Shown: positions 61,199 to 64,000 of the stretch, in pieces
Numbering within the stretch: the first letter of the stretch is position 1
Layout: every line of letters starts with the position of its first letter
Assembly: GCA_002269645.1 (NCBI GenBank)
Contig: NIVC01001681.1
Span: 62,001-126,000 of the forward strand
DNA: 64,000 bases
Source: Macrostomum lignano
Taxonomy: Eukaryota
Direction of reading: 5' to 3'
Translations under genes and position numbers: made by a program
The notes under the pieces: model-generated
Database searches by the model: none
The model's input: the letters and a program-made list of their open reading frames with translations, nothing else
Told to the model about the DNA's origin: nothing

Positions 61199-63521
61199 CT
61201 GGTGCAAACAGCGCTGAGTTTCGGACTGGTGGTTTAGATGTGACAAGCGCACCTGTGGCATCCCTCAGAATGGTGGCCGAAGCGCAAAGAGTGCCATGTC
61301 TAAATCTACCAATCGTAAAAATCGCCAATCGTCATTCTCTTCTCCCATGGCGTGAGGCAACAAAATCCAAAAATATTAATGTAACTTTTCAAATTTTTCG
61401 GGCTGCGAATTCGTTCATTCGCCAAAAGCCCCTGATTCAATTTAAAATTAATTTAGCCGATCAGTTTCAGCGCTAGAAAGTGTGAAGTGGTAGACGAGCG
61501 GATTTGATTACAATCAGAATAGCTACCTGGTAACGGAGTGTGTGAAGAACTGCGAAAGTGAATTTTCCGGACTCACTTTCTATTTCATGGTAATATGCTT
61601 TATTTCCCCTCCCTTTCTTTCTCTCGCCTAGCCTACAGCAGAACTGTGTGAGTGTTGAGGTGGACAGCCAGCCAGGTACGGAAGCCTCATCACGCAAGCA
61701 CAGGGAAGCTGGAAGCGAAGCATTTCTTTCCTTTGTCCTACCTCTTTCTTTTACTCGGGGGAGTGTAACAGTCGCTCTCCCTGATCGCTCAGTTAATCCT
61801 AGAAATGCGTAGAGACCGGAGCGTGTTTTGTTTGTCCATTAGAATGAACAGCTATCAAGGGCTATGGGGAACTCGCTATATATGCATAGTAAGGGAAGCA
61901 GTAGTCATGGCCTTGGAAACATTGGGGGATACCAAAGTCTCGCAGGAATGGGAATAGCGGTGTGATTGTATCTCTGTAGGGTATCAGTGTGACTCAAAAA
62001 TCTCGGGCTAAAAAAAGTGTCACCTCCTATGGAATACCTGCGATCAGCCCGGACCTGAATTCTGCGGTAACCCCTGGTGCCTTCATGGCTGGGATTCGAT
62101 CCCAACGTGTCTGCTGACTCTCCCCACTGTATTGCAGACCCGGTAGTAACTGCTTTGGTTGCATTTGGGCTGGTGCAGTGGCTGGAAATAGTAGATCCCA
62201 TAGTATCCTATTGATAGTGGAGTTCAGTGAGTATTGGAATGGTGTACTGGAAGTCTGGTGGCCCCCAGTGATCTCGTAATGTTTCCTGCTGCATTCTCCT
62301 CCTTTAGTAATTCCTCCCCCCTGCTGTCAGTCTGATAGGGGAGGTGGGTGTGCCAATCAGCCCGACCCGGTAGAACGGCGCTCCTGCCCGACTTGTCAGC
62401 CTGGCCCAGGAAGGCGCTATTGCGCAACTCTTTTCCCCTCTGGCCACTGCAGCCCACTAAGCGCTTAGACGCAGGGTTGCATGCAGTCCCCTAATGTAAA
62501 GCCCCGGTACATAGAGTGCCACCCCAGTGCCCCGCAAGGTCAATAAGACGGGTTGACGTCTCTGGCAACTTGGAATAACCTAGATGGAGGTACCGCTGTC
62601 TCCTGGTAGAACCGGGCGTTCAAGTACAGTAAAGTGGAGAGGCTGACAACTGTAGGACTTTCTCCGCCATCAGATAAAGGTCCCAAGTATGCTATTTCGA
62701 GCTGCAGCAAAGGTGGAGTATCGGAGGGGCAAGCATTTCAGGAAGATACTCACTTAGGTCTGTTTATCCTAGGAAAGCGGGCGAGAGTTTCAGGCTTGTA
62801 ATCCGCCTAACCTGAAAACTTCGGGGACAGTTTAGTCTGGACTCCCGCTGCGCGCCTTCGCTCTGAACAGAAGGGGGAGGTCTTGGTTTTTGTGGATTCT
62901 GCTAGACGTAGGGGAGCTGGATTCCCGCCTTTTGTGAAGCTGCGTGTACAAGATTGGTAGTCCTGAGGTGGAAGCCCCACTGGACTCCGACGGTTTTCCG
63001 GCTGTGCAAGGGCAGTAAAGTGGGAGGACCTCCATGGGGATTGCTCCCGCCACTTGGGTTTTTGGGTCCAGGCGCCAACGCTTCTTCGTAGTAGCTTTCT
63101 TAAGGAAATGGGGTCCGGCGCGCAACCCTAGGGGAGAATTTGTACAGGTGCCGTAAGTCCGTTTACGGTCGGCATTTGGGTTCCCTAGCATGGCCGCAAA
63201 ATGAAGGTCAAGTCTCTCTGAATAGCCAATTTTTCCCTGTCAGGATGTGCCATAGACAACTGGTAGTGGTAGCCGCAGTTTGAGTCAGTGTGCTTTGCCG
63301 AGTGAAGCCGTTAGGACTGCCTAAATGGAATTATGTGGAGCCACCCGTTTTTCAATTTGTTTTCTTCGACGCCGCAAGTGTGTGGTTTTGTCTGTGTTTG
63401 TGTGTGTGTGAGTGTGTTTGTGTGTTTCGGATCAACTTTTCGGTCTTTACCTGTAGTTGCCCCGGTTTTCTTTTCTTTTCCTTCCCGGTGGTGGGTACTC
63501 CCCCAGCTATCCGGCATTCAC

Positions 63522-64000
63522 ATGTCACGGGCGCGTGGAGATAGGGTCGTAGAAGCTGTGTGCGCAGACGCCCCTGGTCAACCACCCTCGGCCGCTGACA
63601 CCCCAGCAGTTGCCGCCCCCGCAGCCGCAATGGCCGCAGCCGCTGGTAACCAGGTCCCTCAGCCTCCAGAAGCAGTAGTAGTTGAGGAACCAGATGAAGG
63701 AGTAGCAGCTCCCGCTCCCAATCAGGGTGGCGCAGCAGCCGCCGCTGCTCCCCCGGACGCAGCCCAGAATCCTCCTCAGGCAGTCCCGCAGCTAGGAGAC
63801 TTAGTTGCCGCTATAGCCAATGCGTTTAACCAGCTAAACATGGGCCAAGACGCCCAGAGGCCGAAAATCTACGTAGAAAAGTTCTCTCCCGGCGAACACT
63901 GTTTTGTGCAATGGGTAGAGAGAATGATCTACAAGCTGGACGCGGAGAGAACTGTAGGAGATCAGGCTAGGAAGCAGGTGCTCATCTCGCACCTCCCAGG
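63522..64000 (+). CDS. gag: Retrotransposon Gag-like protein, 3'-partial (at least 159 aa; not in the ORF track because it runs off the window)
   Basis: Open from ATG 63522 (second ATG 63630) to the window end: MSRARGDRVV...AP-rich...LVAAIANAFNQL...PKIYVEKFSPGEHCFVQWVERMIYKL...RKQVLISHLP. Resembles the capsid N-terminal 'KFxG...F..W' pattern; lies downstream of LTR and PBS. Confidence 0.75.
   Translation, partial: MSRARGDRVVEAVCADAPGQPPSAADTPAVAAPAAAMAAAAGNQVPQPPEAVVVEEPDEGVAAPAPNQGGAAAAAAPPDAAQNPPQAVPQLGDLVAAIANAFNQLNMGQDAQRPKIYVEKFSPGEHCFVQWVERMIYKLDAERTVGDQARKQVLISHLP

Larger units (their letters stand above)
58963..64000 (+). mobile_element. LTR retrotransposon (probably Ty3/gypsy-like), 5' portion, truncated by the window end
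   Basis: LTR with TG...CA ends and 7-bp inverted termini, followed by a tRNA PBS and a gag-like ORF. No pol sequence in the window, so the superfamily is inferred. Confidence 0.85.

Noticed and set aside
61199-63521. env or antisense accessory gene in the retroelement leader
   Set aside because: Only short ORFs (under about 120 aa) without signal peptide or transmembrane pattern.
1-64000. tRNA, rRNA or snRNA genes
   Set aside because: No cloverleaf, rRNA-conserved segment or recognisable snRNA seen; the only tRNA-related sequence is the 18-nt PBS.

Overview
Eukaryotic (metazoan) genomic DNA with GT-AG introns. The organism is not identifiable from the sequence alone; the dense minisatellites and polyQ/A-rich GC-rich exons resemble the flatworm Macrostomum lignano (inference). 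Contents: (1) two complete four-exon GCM (glial cells missing) transcription-factor genes in convergent orientation, gcm-A (+, 4930-11016, 614 aa) and gcm-B (-, 23226-20839, 489 aa); (2) nine exons (about 1275 aa, N-terminus outside the window) of an RB1CC1/FIP200/Atg11-family autophagy scaffold gene (-, 58164-45506); (3) the 5' part of an LTR retrotransposon (2.2-kb LTR 58963-61174, tRNA-Leu PBS, 2.3-kb leader, gag-like ORF from 63522), antisense in the upstream RB1CC1 intron; (4) 32 distinct tandem-repeat arrays covering about 23-24 kb (about 37%), which explain most long ORFs in the track. Best leads: the two gcm paralogs are 337/343 nt identical across the DNA-binding-domain exons while introns and termini are unalignable (likely gene conversion); GCM-binding motifs cluster upstream of gcm-B and between the genes (possible auto/cross-regulation); and the retroelement has a strong splice donor inside its LTR, upstream of the PBS, that could make a PBS-less gag mRNA. 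All gene models and counts were made by hand and need RNA-seq and computational confirmation.
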